Source: a bacterium (GTDB lineage Bacteria; UBA8248). Taken from it: a stretch of DNA of 64,000 bases. The notes beneath the pieces are model-generated. The model did not search any database, had not been told where the DNA came from, and saw only the letters and a program-made list of their open reading frames with translations. The DNA lies in the NCBI GenBank assembly GCA_965221165.1, contig CBDCRP010000003.1, positions 1,056,001-1,120,000 on the forward strand. Reading direction: 5' to 3'. Below are positions 9,186 through 18,988 of the stretch, piece after piece. Made by a program: the position numbers and the translations under genes. Every line of letters begins with the position of its first letter. Position 1 is the stretch's first letter.

Positions 9186-9637
9186 GCCAAAAACTCCCTC
9201 GTCTTAATCTCGCCCCAGGCTACGGCGCGGTGCGGTGTTATCTCAATCATCCATTGGTGGATTTTGACGGGTCCGCGATATTGCGCATATTTCTCCCGCA
9301 GACGCTCCGCCGCACTCTCATACGCTTCGGCATCCGCCTCGGCATGGATGATCCTCGCGCTCCCAAAGAGCAGCACGAAGCCAAGCTTCGCCCACTCATC
9401 CTCGTAGTGATCCACCAGAAAAGAGACTTTATCGTTCTCGCGGACGTTGTCGAGCCTTTTTAAGCGCTCGATGTCTTTTTTCTGCTTGCCGTCCACCGGA
9501 ACGTATATGTTCCCGTCCACCACGGTGAAAACCACGGGCACGACGTGGGGCGCGGCGTCCCTGTCCGCCGTCGCCAGCCGCGCCACGCGCGCGCCTCGCA
9601 CGAAGCGCCATTCATCATCGGTGAGCAAAGGCCCCAT
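9182..9637 (-). CDS. PPOX-class (pyridoxamine 5'-phosphate oxidase-like), probably F420-dependent oxidoreductase
   Basis: RVARLATAD...PHVVPVVF...LKRLDNVREN...LVDHYEDEW; start overlaps the hydantoinase B stop. Confidence 0.85.
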   Translation of the reverse strand: MGPLLTDDEWRFVRGARVARLATADRDAAPHVVPVVFTVVDGNIYVPVDGKQKKDIERLKRLDNVRENDKVSFLVDHYEDEWAKLGFVLLFGSARIIHAEADAEAYESAAERLREKYAQYRGPVKIHQWMIEITPHRAVAWGEIKTREFLA

Positions 9638-11190
9638 CACTCCGCTTCTCCGTATCCCCCGCCCCCCGGCGTGATGAGCGTGAGGGTATCGCCCGGCTCC
9701 ATGTCGGTGGTGACTTTGGGGTCGATTTCGCGCTCGTTGATGCGCACCTGCCCCCGCGCGCCGGACCCGCCGCCGAACAGCCCCGTCGCGGGGGATTTCG
9801 TGCGCTCGGCCATGAACGACACCGTGATGCGCGCCGGCGAATCGTTCCGGAAGACGATCCGCTGCCCGCAGCCTCCCCGGAATCTTCCGGCGCCGCCCGA
9901 GTCTCTCAATATCGTTTTCTCGATCAGGGTGAAGGGCGTGATGCGCTCGATCACCTCTATCGGCGTGTGGGAGACGTTGCTGGGATAGCTCAGGCACGCA
10001 TGGCCGTCTCCGCGCCCGGTGGCTCCCGTGCCCCCGTTCTGGAAGAAAAGCCCCGCCGTCCGCACGCCCCGCTTGTCCAGCCCCGTATAGTTCACGCACC
10101 AGAGCGGAGAGCCGCTCGCCGCGGGCACCTCCTCGGGGATGACGGGAGCGAGCGCCTCGAAAACGGCTGCGGGCAGATAGTGGCCCACCAGCATCCGGCC
10201 CCCTCCGGCGGCGGGGTGTAAGGGTTCCAGAATGCTGCCCGGCTCCGTCCGCACGTCGATGGGCCTGAAACACCCCTCGTTGTTGGGAACCTCGGGACAA
10301 AGAACGCACTTGATGGGGTAGACCGAATACGCATAGGTGTAGTTGTAGGCCACGTTCACGGCGCGATCGACCTGGGGCGAGGAACCCGCGTAGTCGATCA
10401 CCAGGGAATCTCCGGTCTTCTCGATTCGCGTCCGCACCCGGATAGGCTCCGCCAGGCCGTCGGTTTCGATTTCAGAGGCGTATTCCCCATCGGGCAAACG
10501 AAGCAGGGCGTCGCGCATGGCATATTCGGAGCGGCCCTGAATTTCCTTGGTCAGCGCGCGCAAATCCTCGAGACCATATTCCTCGAGCAGATCGCCCAGG
10601 CGCTTTTCCGCCAGGCGATTGGCCGTGAGCTGCGCGTTGATGTCGCCCATTACCAAATCGGGCACGCGCACGTTGTAGCGAATGAGGTCGATGAGCGTCC
10701 TATCCGGCTCGCCGCGCCTGTACATCTTCATCATGGGAATCTGGAGGCCCTCCTCGTAGACCTCCCTGGGGTCGGGGGAGCGAATTTTCCCGCCGATGTC
10801 GGGCAAATGGGCCGTGCTGGCCGAAAATCCGATGAATTTTTCCCGGTAGAACACCGGCTTCACGATATTCACGTCGGGGAGATGGCCCGTTCCGTACCAG
10901 ATGTCGTTGGTGATGAGGATATCGCCGGGTTCGAGCGTCTCGGGCGGAAACGCTCTCAGAAAATGGCGAACCGTTATCGGCAGGGTGCCGATGAACGAGG
11001 CGATGCTGGCGGAGGACTGCACGAGGGAGTGGCCCTGATCGTCGGTAATCACGCAGGAAAAATCGTTCGACTCGCGCACCAAAGTGGAAAACGAGGTGCG
11101 CACGAGTGTCGCCGCCGCCTCGTCCACGATGCCGATGAGCCTTCGCCAGAGCACTTCCAGCGTGATGGGATCGAACGCCATGTTAGCCAT
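9637..11190 (-). CDS. Hydantoinase B/oxoprolinase family subunit
   Basis: DPITLEV, RTSFS, GHLPD, DSGGAGRFRGGCG, TPGGGGYG. Confidence 0.95.
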   Translation of the reverse strand: MANMAFDPITLEVLWRRLIGIVDEAAATLVRTSFSTLVRESNDFSCVITDDQGHSLVQSSASIASFIGTLPITVRHFLRAFPPETLEPGDILITNDIWYGTGHLPDVNIVKPVFYREKFIGFSASTAHLPDIGGKIRSPDPREVYEEGLQIPMMKMYRRGEPDRTLIDLIRYNVRVPDLVMGDINAQLTANRLAEKRLGDLLEEYGLEDLRALTKEIQGRSEYAMRDALLRLPDGEYASEIETDGLAEPIRVRTRIEKTGDSLVIDYAGSSPQVDRAVNVAYNYTYAYSVYPIKCVLCPEVPNNEGCFRPIDVRTEPGSILEPLHPAAGGGRMLVGHYLPAAVFEALAPVIPEEVPAASGSPLWCVNYTGLDKRGVRTAGLFFQNGGTGATGRGDGHACLSYPSNVSHTPIEVIERITPFTLIEKTILRDSGGAGRFRGGCGQRIVFRNDSPARITVSFMAERTKSPATGLFGGGSGARGQVRINEREIDPKVTTDMEPGDTLTLITPGGGGYGEAE

Positions 11191-13273
11191 CCACCCCGAT
11201 GATGATGTGGCCGCCTTCGTCTTTTCGAAAGCGCGCGTCTTTGGGAACCACGATGGTGGATTCGCGCTCCTCGACGATGGCGGGGCCTGAGAATTCCCTT
11301 CCGGCGGGCAGCGAATACCTGTGATACACGCGCGCCTCCAGGAACCCGGCGTCAGGACCCGCGTATATTTTTCTTAACCCCTTCTCGAAATCCGTATCGT
11401 CTTTTAAGGGCGGCACCTCCGTGGCGGCAGGCGCAGGACCCAGCATCGTCAAACGCCAGGCGGCCACTTCCGCCGCCACGTTCTCGATCTTTCTCAAATA
11501 CCGCCTCTCATAGGCGCGCTCGAACAACTCCTGCATGGCCGTAGTATCCCGTACCGGCATCCCTCCCTCCTCGGGCAGGGGGACGCTCACGGTATCCGTC
11601 TGCCCCCTGTAGCGCATGTCGGCTGCGGGCTGAAACTCCCATTCCTCACCCACGTCGATTCTGTCGCCTAAGGAATCTTTCATCTGCGCGGCCATCTCCC
11701 GGTACAAATTCTCGACGCGCGCCCAGTCCACCGCATCCACGTCGGACACCAGGACGCGGACGGCGTCGGCCCTCGGCCTCGCCGCCAGGAGGCCGGCTGC
11801 GGAGGCCACGCCCACGTCCGGCGGGCAAACGACGCGGCGGATATAGAGCTTTTTCGCCATGTGGCAGGCGTGCAGGGGCGCGGCGCCGCCGGTGGCGATC
11901 AAAGCGTAATTCCTGGGGTCGCCCCCTTTTTCGGCGATGTGCACGCGCGCGGCGCTCGCCATCTGCTCGGTGATGATCTCATAAATTCCCCACGCCGCAT
12001 CCTCCGTGCGCATGTCCAGTTTCCCGGCCAGAGACGATACCGCCTCGCGCGCTTTTTCGGCGTCGAGTTTCATCGCGCCGCCCAGGAAAAAATCGGGATT
12101 CAGATAACCCAAAAGCAGGTTCGCATCCGTGACGGTGGGCTGCGCCCCGCCTTGAGCGTAGCAGGCGGGGCCCGGCATCGCGCCGGCGCTTTGGGGGCCG
12201 ACCTGAATCAGCCCCAGGCCGCTGATCTCAGCGATGCTGCCGCCGCCCGCGCCGATTTCGACCAGGTCCACCGTGGGCGAGAGGATGGGCAGGCCGCTTC
12301 CCTTCTGGAACCTCGACGTCCTCGCCACCTCGAAGCGGTTCTCCGTCGCGGGTTCACCGTTTTCGATCAGGCATACCTTGGCCGTGGTCCCGCCCATGTC
12401 GAATCCCAGGACGTGGGCCTCGCCCAGGGATCGGGCGATTTGCGCCGCCGCGAGCGCTCCGCCCGCAGGCCCTGATTCGATGATTCGCACCGGATGCTCC
12501 CGCACGCTGTCCACCGTCGCGAAGCCTGAGTTCGAGAGCATGATGAAAAGCTCGCCCGAAAAACCCGAGTCTCTGAGGCTCGCGAGCAGGCGCGTCAGGT
12601 ACGCATCGGCGATGGGCCGCACGTAGGCGTTCACCGCCGTGGTGGAGGTGCGCTCATACTCGCCCGTCTCGGGGGCCACGGCGGATGAGATGGAAACGGG
12701 CGCATCTCCCGCCACCTCCTCGACCGCCGCCCGGGCCGCCCTTTCGTTGGCGGGATTCACGGGCGCATGGAGAAAAGAGACGGCGATGGATTCCGCCCCC
12801 ATCTCAAGGAGTTTTTCCGCCTCTTGTTTCACGGCTTCTACATCCAGGGGAACCACCACCTCCCCGTCTACATGGACGCGCTCTGAAACCTCGGCCCGGA
12901 ACTCCTGTGAGACCAGAGGCGCCGGCATCTCCTGGTGCAGGTCGTAGAGGTCGAAGCGCTTCTCGCGGCCGATCTCGATGACGTCGGAAAACCCCTGCGT
13001 GGTGATGAGTCCCGTCCGCGCGCCCTTTCTCTCGATCAGGGCGTTGGTGATGAGGGTGGTGGCGTGAACGATGCTCGCGAGGTCGGATGCTTCAAGACCG
13101 GCGGATTCGAGTATGTTCTGAAAACCCGCAAGCGTCCCCTCGGCGGGATCATCGGGCGTGGTCAGCACCTTGGCGATGTGGACCGCGCCCCGCCTCTCGT
13201 CGATGAGCACGAGATCGGTGAACGTGCCCCCGATGTCTACGCCTAAGCGAATTTGCGAGTCTTTACCCATCAT
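11183..13273 (-). CDS. Hydantoinase A/oxoprolinase family subunit
   Basis: GVDIGGTFTD, ESGPAGG, DMGGTT, IGAGGGSI, PTVTDAN. Confidence 0.95.
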   Translation of the reverse strand: MMGKDSQIRLGVDIGGTFTDLVLIDERRGAVHIAKVLTTPDDPAEGTLAGFQNILESAGLEASDLASIVHATTLITNALIERKGARTGLITTQGFSDVIEIGREKRFDLYDLHQEMPAPLVSQEFRAEVSERVHVDGEVVVPLDVEAVKQEAEKLLEMGAESIAVSFLHAPVNPANERAARAAVEEVAGDAPVSISSAVAPETGEYERTSTTAVNAYVRPIADAYLTRLLASLRDSGFSGELFIMLSNSGFATVDSVREHPVRIIESGPAGGALAAAQIARSLGEAHVLGFDMGGTTAKVCLIENGEPATENRFEVARTSRFQKGSGLPILSPTVDLVEIGAGGGSIAEISGLGLIQVGPQSAGAMPGPACYAQGGAQPTVTDANLLLGYLNPDFFLGGAMKLDAEKAREAVSSLAGKLDMRTEDAAWGIYEIITEQMASAARVHIAEKGGDPRNYALIATGGAAPLHACHMAKKLYIRRVVCPPDVGVASAAGLLAARPRADAVRVLVSDVDAVDWARVENLYREMAAQMKDSLGDRIDVGEEWEFQPAADMRYRGQTDTVSVPLPEEGGMPVRDTTAMQELFERAYERRYLRKIENVAAEVAAWRLTMLGPAPAATEVPPLKDDTDFEKGLRKIYAGPDAGFLEARVYHRYSLPAGREFSGPAIVEERESTIVVPKDARFRKDEGGHIIIGVDG

Positions 13274-13286
13274 CCCGCTTTCGACA

Positions 13287-13823
13287 TTATTTTTTGCACT
13301 TCTTCCTGCCTGCCAATTTTTCGGAAGTCGTCATGCCAAAGTTGCATGCCCTGATGTAGTCGCCATCTCCGGAGCGGCCATACACCACATCGCCGTTTTC
13401 GTCATAGACGGTTTGGGTGACAAAGACGACCTCGCCCCGATGATGCTGGACGATGAGCACCTGATCATTCCCCAATTCCCCGATAAAAGTATCGGTGCGG
13501 TAGCTCTTCGTGCTCGTGCCCGCCAGGGGGATGACGACATCGCCCAGGAAGCTGACCTTTACGCTGTTGTCCTCGTTCACCGTTACGGAACAACTCTCCC
13601 CGGTGATCTCAAAACCCACCATGAGCCTTTGCATGAAACCCCTCGCGGGTATGTGAACGCAACCATGGAGCGTCCCCGCCTTTAGTTTTTCCTGATTCCG
13701 TGGCGGGTTCGATAGAAGCCGCCTGACATAACCTTTGGTCAAAGGCTGGGCGGCGACGCCCTCACAAACCGTCGCAAAGAGGAGAAAACTTGCGAAAACG
13801 AAAACAAATTTCATCTTTTTCAT
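13287..13823 (-). CDS. Hypothetical secreted protein
   Basis: Signal-peptide-like N-terminus; RBS GAGG; fills the gap between two co-oriented genes. Confidence 0.7.
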   Translation of the reverse strand: MKKMKFVFVFASFLLFATVCEGVAAQPLTKGYVRRLLSNPPRNQEKLKAGTLHGCVHIPARGFMQRLMVGFEITGESCSVTVNEDNSVKVSFLGDVVIPLAGTSTKSYRTDTFIGELGNDQVLIVQHHRGEVVFVTQTVYDENGDVVYGRSGDGDYIRACNFGMTTSEKLAGRKKCKK

Positions 13824-13895
13824 TCAACGCGCCTCATGTGAAAACAATTTCCCGTTTCCAGGCGAACTTTCATGCTTTTTCGGCTCATTTTCGGC

Positions 13896-14861
13896 TCATT
13901 CCGTCTTTAGCAGTATCTCGCCGGCCTGGATGATGGGTTTCCCGTCGAACCAGACCGAAGGCGCCCTGATGATGGCGTCGAAGTGGGTCCTGGCCTGCAC
14001 GCCGCCCCCTAAGTTGGCGGAGGTGCCGACCCCGATGTGGATCGTGCCGTTCACGCCCTCATCATTCAGCATCTCGCCCGTAAAATCCTTGCATTCGGGG
14101 TTCAGGCCCATCGCGAACTGCGCGACGTTGTAGACCCATTCATCATCCTGCTCGGCCAGGAGTTTATCGAGGAAATCCGCCTGCCGCCCGCCCGATATCT
14201 CCCGCACGAACCCCTCTTCTATCCTAAAAGTCACAGGCTCCTCGACGACGCCCACCCCGTAATAGGGAATGCTGCCGTCCACCACGAGGACGCCCCTCGT
14301 CGTCCCCTCCAGGGGCGATATGTTGGCCTCGATGTTCGGAACGGCGGTGAAACCGGGGCCATCCAAAACGCAGGCGTGGCTGTTGCCGGCGCGGCCCTCT
14401 ACGGAAAGCACGAGTTCGGTGCCCGCCGCGTTGGTGACGCGGACCTCGCGCGCCTCGCTCATGCGCGCCGCCAGGGCGTCGCAAAGCGGTTTTCTCGCCC
14501 TGAAATCCGCCATCAGGCCTCCCTTCTCCATCTGCCCGGGCGTAAAAGCCGTCATCGAGAGCACGCGCGCGCCCGCGCCTATCGCCTCGCGCGTGGCCCG
14601 CGTATGGGCGAGGGCGTGGGTGATGGGCAGAAAAACCACGGCCGAGACCCGCATCGCCTCCGCCACGGCGCGCGGCGGCTCCTCGTTGTCGATGCTTCTG
14701 GGCGGGCATACGGCCATCGTCGCCCATGCGCCACGATCTTTCGCCTCGGCGCAGAGCGCCTGTGCAATCGCCAAGCGCTCGGAATCTGTGACGATGAGCA
14801 CGTCCTCGCCTTCCTTCACGCCGGCGCAGTCGCTTATGAGAATTTTCGCGCCTTTTTGCAT
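13896..14861 (-). CDS. Aminopeptidase T (M29)-like / NicX-like metalloenzyme
   Basis: GEDVLIVTD, EEPP, GVLVVDGS, MGLNP, DEGVNGTIHIGVG, HFDAII. Confidence 0.8.
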   Translation of the reverse strand: MQKGAKILISDCAGVKEGEDVLIVTDSERLAIAQALCAEAKDRGAWATMAVCPPRSIDNEEPPRAVAEAMRVSAVVFLPITHALAHTRATREAIGAGARVLSMTAFTPGQMEKGGLMADFRARKPLCDALAARMSEAREVRVTNAAGTELVLSVEGRAGNSHACVLDGPGFTAVPNIEANISPLEGTTRGVLVVDGSIPYYGVGVVEEPVTFRIEEGFVREISGGRQADFLDKLLAEQDDEWVYNVAQFAMGLNPECKDFTGEMLNDEGVNGTIHIGVGTSANLGGGVQARTHFDAIIRAPSVWFDGKPIIQAGEILLKTE

Positions 14862-15033
14862 GGAACGTCCTTTACGCAAGGGCGACCGAGGCGGCGGCGC
14901 CGACCCGGTTCGCCCGTATTATCCACTCCATAGAATCTTGAAAATCCGGCGAGGTTATGAATGCGTCGTTGCCAACCCCAGCTTGCCCGTATAAATGTTA
15001 GGAATCTACACCAGGGGGATGGCGGAGGCGAGC

Positions 15034-15749
15034 ATGAGCGGGAAAAAACGCGCAGTTCAAAAATATGGGATCAGCCGAAAGCGCCTGATGGATATCTACG
15101 AGCGCCTGTATGCGCGCTTCGGGCCGCAGGACTGGTGGCCCGGCGAGACGACGCTCGAGGTCTGCCTGGGGGCCATTCTGGTGCAGAACACCTCGTGGGC
15201 GAATGCGGCGCGCGCGATCGGGAACCTCAAAAAAGAAGACCTCTTAACGGAGGACGCGCTCAAAAAGGTGCGGGGAGACCGCCTCGCCCGTCTCATCCGG
15301 CCCGCGCGGTTTTTCAACATGAAGGCGAAAAGGCTCAAAGGGTTCGTCGCCTACCTCTGGAAACACCACGCGGGAGACGTGGATAATTTTTTGAGCCTGC
15401 CCACCGAAGAACTGCACGAGGAACTGATGGGCCTGGACGGCGTAGGGCGCGAGACGGCCGATTCCATCACGCTCTACGCCGCAGAAAGGCCTGCCTTCGT
15501 GGTGGACGCCTACACGAAGCGCATATTCTCGCGCCTCGGGCATTTCGAGGGGTCGAAAAACGCAGGAAAAGACTATCTCGCCCTACAAAAGAGCCTCACG
15601 CGCATCTGCCCGCCGACGTCGCTCTTTTCAACGAATACCACGCCCTGCTCGTGCGCCTGGGGCACACCTGCTGCCGCCCGAAGCCGAAATGCGGCGAATG
15701 CCCGCTGCGCGCAGTCTGCCCCTATCCCGGAGACGACGCGACGGAATGA
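15034..15749 (+). pseudogene. HhH-GPD / endonuclease III-related glycosylase with frameshift near 15600
   Basis: GAILVQNTSW, GVGRETADSI, VVDAYTKR; C-terminus HLPADVALFNEYHALLVRLGHTCCRPKPKCGECPLRAVC lies in another frame. Confidence 0.85.
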
Positions 15750-15764
15750 CGGGGAAAGGTGAAA

Positions 15765-16311
15765 AATCACTCCCCCCTTGAGGGTCAAACCCGACCGGGG
15801 AGGGGTTGTTGAAAAAGTCCTGATTTAGTGATTTGGCGAATGGAACCAACCGGGGAGGGGGGTCCGTAGCGGACAGGCCCCTTTGCCTGTCCGAGGTCGC
15901 GACCTGTGGGACAGCCCCAAGGAGGGGCTGTCACTACGAGGCGGTGCGGTTTTGTTCGTCATTCCGGCGCATGCCGGAATCCATGTGTTTTGCCTTTGTT
16001 TTTTATTTTCTGATTGATTCCCGCCAATGAGGGGGAGATGAAAAGCCGGAGTATTGTCATTCCGCTCGGCAATGGATTCCGCAGCCCCTCCTTCCTCAGT
16101 CGGGACTGACACCGGAATGACGGCGGTCAATTCCGACCGAGAAGGGGTTTTTCAACAACCCCGAGAAGGGAGGGTTTGTCCCGACCGAGAAGGGAGGATG
16201 TGTTTCCGTGTAGGGGCGGTTCGCGAACCGCCCACGCATATATGCGACCCTGGATTTTCCGCCTTCACGACGCGGGCCGCATGTATGCAGCCCCTACGGA
16301 AAACCGCGAAC
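15765..16311. repeat. Second copy of the composite element (leader + 24-bp units + REPIN)
   Basis: AATCACTCCnCCCTTGnGGGTCAAACCCGACC leader and GGGAGGATGTGTTTCCGTGTAGGGGC...CCCCTACGGAAAACCGCGAAC tail, both shared with 5571-5977. Confidence 0.9.
15802..16162. mobile_element. MITE-like non-coding element with 15-bp terminal inverted repeats
   Basis: GGGGTTGTTGAAAAA (15802-15816) and TTTTTCAACAACCCC (16148-16162); interrupts a second copy of the 5571-5977 element. Confidence 0.7.
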
Positions 16312-16364
16312 ACTCGCTCACGGCGGATCCGACGCGCCCGTCCCGGCGCACGGAAATCCTGAAC

Positions 16365-17147
16365 CTACACGACCGCGCAAAATCCCCCGTCGACGTTCAC
16401 CGCCGTCCCCGTGATGTAGGAAGCTGCGTCCGAGGCCAGAAAACACGCCATGTTGGCGTATTCCTCACTCGTTCCCATCCTGCCGAGGGGAATCCCGCGC
16501 CCGTATTCGGCGACGTACTCCTCAAACGAGATTTCAGGCTCCTCCCGCTCATAGCGCCGCGCGATCTGATCGGTCACGATGCGGCCCGTACAAAGCGCGT
16601 TCACCAACACGTTGTGCGGCGCGCCCTCCCCCGCCAGCACCTTGGTCATCGCCATCCCTGCGGCGCGCGAGACCGAAGTAGGCGCGCTGCCCGCAGGCGG
16701 CGCCTTGCCCGCCACGGTCACGACGTTGATGATGCGACCCCAGCGGCGCTGCTTCATCGCGGGAAACGCGAGGCGGCAGGTCCTGACGGCGCCGAAGAGT
16801 TTGAGGCCCAGATCCTCCTCCCACATCTCGTCGCTTATCTCCTCGAACGGCCCCCGGGTGGAGGCGCCCGCGTTGTTCACCAGAATGTCGATTTGCCCCA
16901 AATCATCGAGCGCCGAGGCCCACATTGTCTTTACCGCCTCGGGCTCGCCCATATCGCACGAGTAGGCGAAAACCTTGCCTCCTGTGGCGGCCTCTATCTC
17001 CGCCCTCGTTTCCTCGAGCACCTCGGTCCGCCTCGCGACGATGGCCACCTCCGCACCTGATTCAGAGAATTTGAGCGCCATGCCCCGGCCCATGCCTCGG
17101 CTGCCGCCCGTGATGAGCGCTTTTTTTCCGTCCAGACGAATATCCAT
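16365..17147 (-). CDS. SDR family oxidoreductase
   Basis: TGGSRGMG, ILVNNAG, YITGTAVNVDGG; the YxxxK motif appears as TSVSR. Confidence 0.92.
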   Translation of the reverse strand: MDIRLDGKKALITGGSRGMGRGMALKFSESGAEVAIVARRTEVLEETRAEIEAATGGKVFAYSCDMGEPEAVKTMWASALDDLGQIDILVNNAGASTRGPFEEISDEMWEEDLGLKLFGAVRTCRLAFPAMKQRRWGRIINVVTVAGKAPPAGSAPTSVSRAAGMAMTKVLAGEGAPHNVLVNALCTGRIVTDQIARRYEREEPEISFEEYVAEYGRGIPLGRMGTSEEYANMACFLASDAASYITGTAVNVDGGFCAVV

Positions 17148-17264
17148 GAAAACTCCTCGATTATTGAGTGGTTATATATCCGTAGTGAAAAAGATGGGTG
17201 TCGGGAACTTTCATCGGCGCGCGGAAGCTCGCCCACGCCCGGAATTCACCCGCTCCGATTTTCC

Positions 17265-18950
17265 TTATGAAATCTTCGGCAGGGGCTGCTCGCGCGTCAT
17301 GACTTCCACGATGGCCGGCTTGCCCGCCGAGAGCGCCGCCTCGATGGCTTGGTCGAGTTCGGCGGGGTCTTCCACCCGCACGCCGAACGCGTCGAAAGAG
17401 CGCGCCATCTCGGCGAAATGGGGGCTCTTGAAGTCACAGCCATAGGCCGCCCCGTAGAGGTTTTGCTGTTGCCGGTCGATCTGGCCGTAGGAGCCGTCGT
17501 TCAGGACTACCATCACGATGTCGGCGCCGTATTCGCTCGCCGTCACGAAGTCGCCGATCGTCATCAGGAACGCCCCGTCGCCCACCAGGCCGATGACGTC
17601 GCGCCCGGGATATTCCATCTTGGCGACGATGGCCGTGGGCAGCGCGAAGGACATGGCGTTCCACACGCCCGACTGCATGAAGGAGAACTGGTTCGTGAGC
17701 GGCACGTAGTAGCGCGCGAACATCTGGCAGTTGCCCACGTCGCTCACGACGATGGCGTCGGGCTTGACGTGGCGGCCGATTTTTTCCATCAACAAGGCCG
17801 GATGAATCGGCCTCTCGCCCTCATGGCCCTCGATGACGCGTAAGGCCTGGCTTCTCAAATCCGCCTTGCCCTGCGCGATCTGCTCCCTCACTTCTTCTCT
17901 CATCCGCCCGCTTTCTTCCGCCAGATGCGCCTCCAGAGCGCTCAGGAACATTTTGGGGTCCGCCACGATCTCGTCCGCGCCGCCGTAGTGCGCATCCTCC
18001 GCGTCATCGAATCCGATGAAAATCCGCTCCGGGGGCGCATAGCCGTCGATGTGCAGCACCTCCGCCGTAGCGGCTCTTAAGCCGATGAACATCATCAGGT
18101 CACACTTCGAGGTTACGCCGTTCATGAAGCGTGTGTTTCTGAAGGCGAAGTAATGCCCCACCGCCAGGGGATGATCCTCAGGAATAACGCCCATCGCATC
18201 CTGGGGGTAGATGACGGGAATCGAGAATTTATCGGCGACCCGCGCAAGTTCTCCCATCGCCCCTTTTCGCATCACCCCCTTGCCCGCGCAGATGACGGGA
18301 TATTTCGCGGCCAATAATCTCCGGGCGTACTGGGCGACGTCCTCCGCATTGGGGGCGACGGCCTGCGCCGGTTGGGGTTCGTATTCGGGCAGCGCGATGG
18401 GCTCTTCCTGCAAAAGGTGGGGGCTGTAGTCGCTGAGCCTCGGAATCTCGACGTGAACTGGCCCCGGCCTCCCGCTCCTGGCGACGTGAAACGCCCTGGC
18501 CATGACGCCCGAGATATCCTCCATCCTCTTCACGCGAACGCTCCACTTGGTGACCTTCTCGAACATCTCGACCAGAAAATCGGGGTCGTCCACCCCGTGA
18601 AACGCCTCGCGCGACGCATCGAGGGGTACTGAGCCCGTGATGTGCACCATCGGCGACGCCGCGCCGTAGGCCTGCGCCACGCCCGCGATGGAATTCGCAC
18701 CGCCGGGTCCCGCCGTGAGCAGGCAGACGCCGGGCTCTCCGGTGACCCGCCCGTAGGCGTCGGCCATCAAGGAGGCGTTCGGCTCCTGCTTGCAGGTGAC
18801 GAGACCGATGGAGGGCGCTTCCCTCAGCGCATCGTAGAACTGAAGAAGATGAGAACCGGGGAGGCAATACAGCCTCTTTACATTTTCTCTCACGAGCGCA
18901 TCGACGACGATTTGGCCCGCGTGCGCGGGCGCGCCGACCTCAAAACCCAT
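17265..18950 (-). CDS. Thiamine pyrophosphate-binding enzyme (acetolactate synthase-like family)
   Basis: EPNASLMADAYGR, GRPGPVHVEIP, GDGAFLM...VLND TPP motif. Confidence 0.92.
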   Translation of the reverse strand: MGFEVGAPAHAGQIVVDALVRENVKRLYCLPGSHLLQFYDALREAPSIGLVTCKQEPNASLMADAYGRVTGEPGVCLLTAGPGGANSIAGVAQAYGAASPMVHITGSVPLDASREAFHGVDDPDFLVEMFEKVTKWSVRVKRMEDISGVMARAFHVARSGRPGPVHVEIPRLSDYSPHLLQEEPIALPEYEPQPAQAVAPNAEDVAQYARRLLAAKYPVICAGKGVMRKGAMGELARVADKFSIPVIYPQDAMGVIPEDHPLAVGHYFAFRNTRFMNGVTSKCDLMMFIGLRAATAEVLHIDGYAPPERIFIGFDDAEDAHYGGADEIVADPKMFLSALEAHLAEESGRMREEVREQIAQGKADLRSQALRVIEGHEGERPIHPALLMEKIGRHVKPDAIVVSDVGNCQMFARYYVPLTNQFSFMQSGVWNAMSFALPTAIVAKMEYPGRDVIGLVGDGAFLMTIGDFVTASEYGADIVMVVLNDGSYGQIDRQQQNLYGAAYGCDFKSPHFAEMARSFDAFGVRVEDPAELDQAIEAALSAGKPAIVEVMTREQPLPKIS

Positions 18951-18988
18951 GGATAACCCCTCGGTCATGAAAACGAAATATGAAAAAT

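Noticed and set aside
9638-10309. N-terminal extension of the 375-aa ORF 9182-10309
   Set aside because: Overlaps hydantoinase B out of frame; only 9182-9637 is PPOX-like
15585-15605. Programmed frameshift in the EndoIII-like gene
   Set aside because: No canonical slippery heptamer or stimulatory structure seen; mutation or sequencing error is more likely
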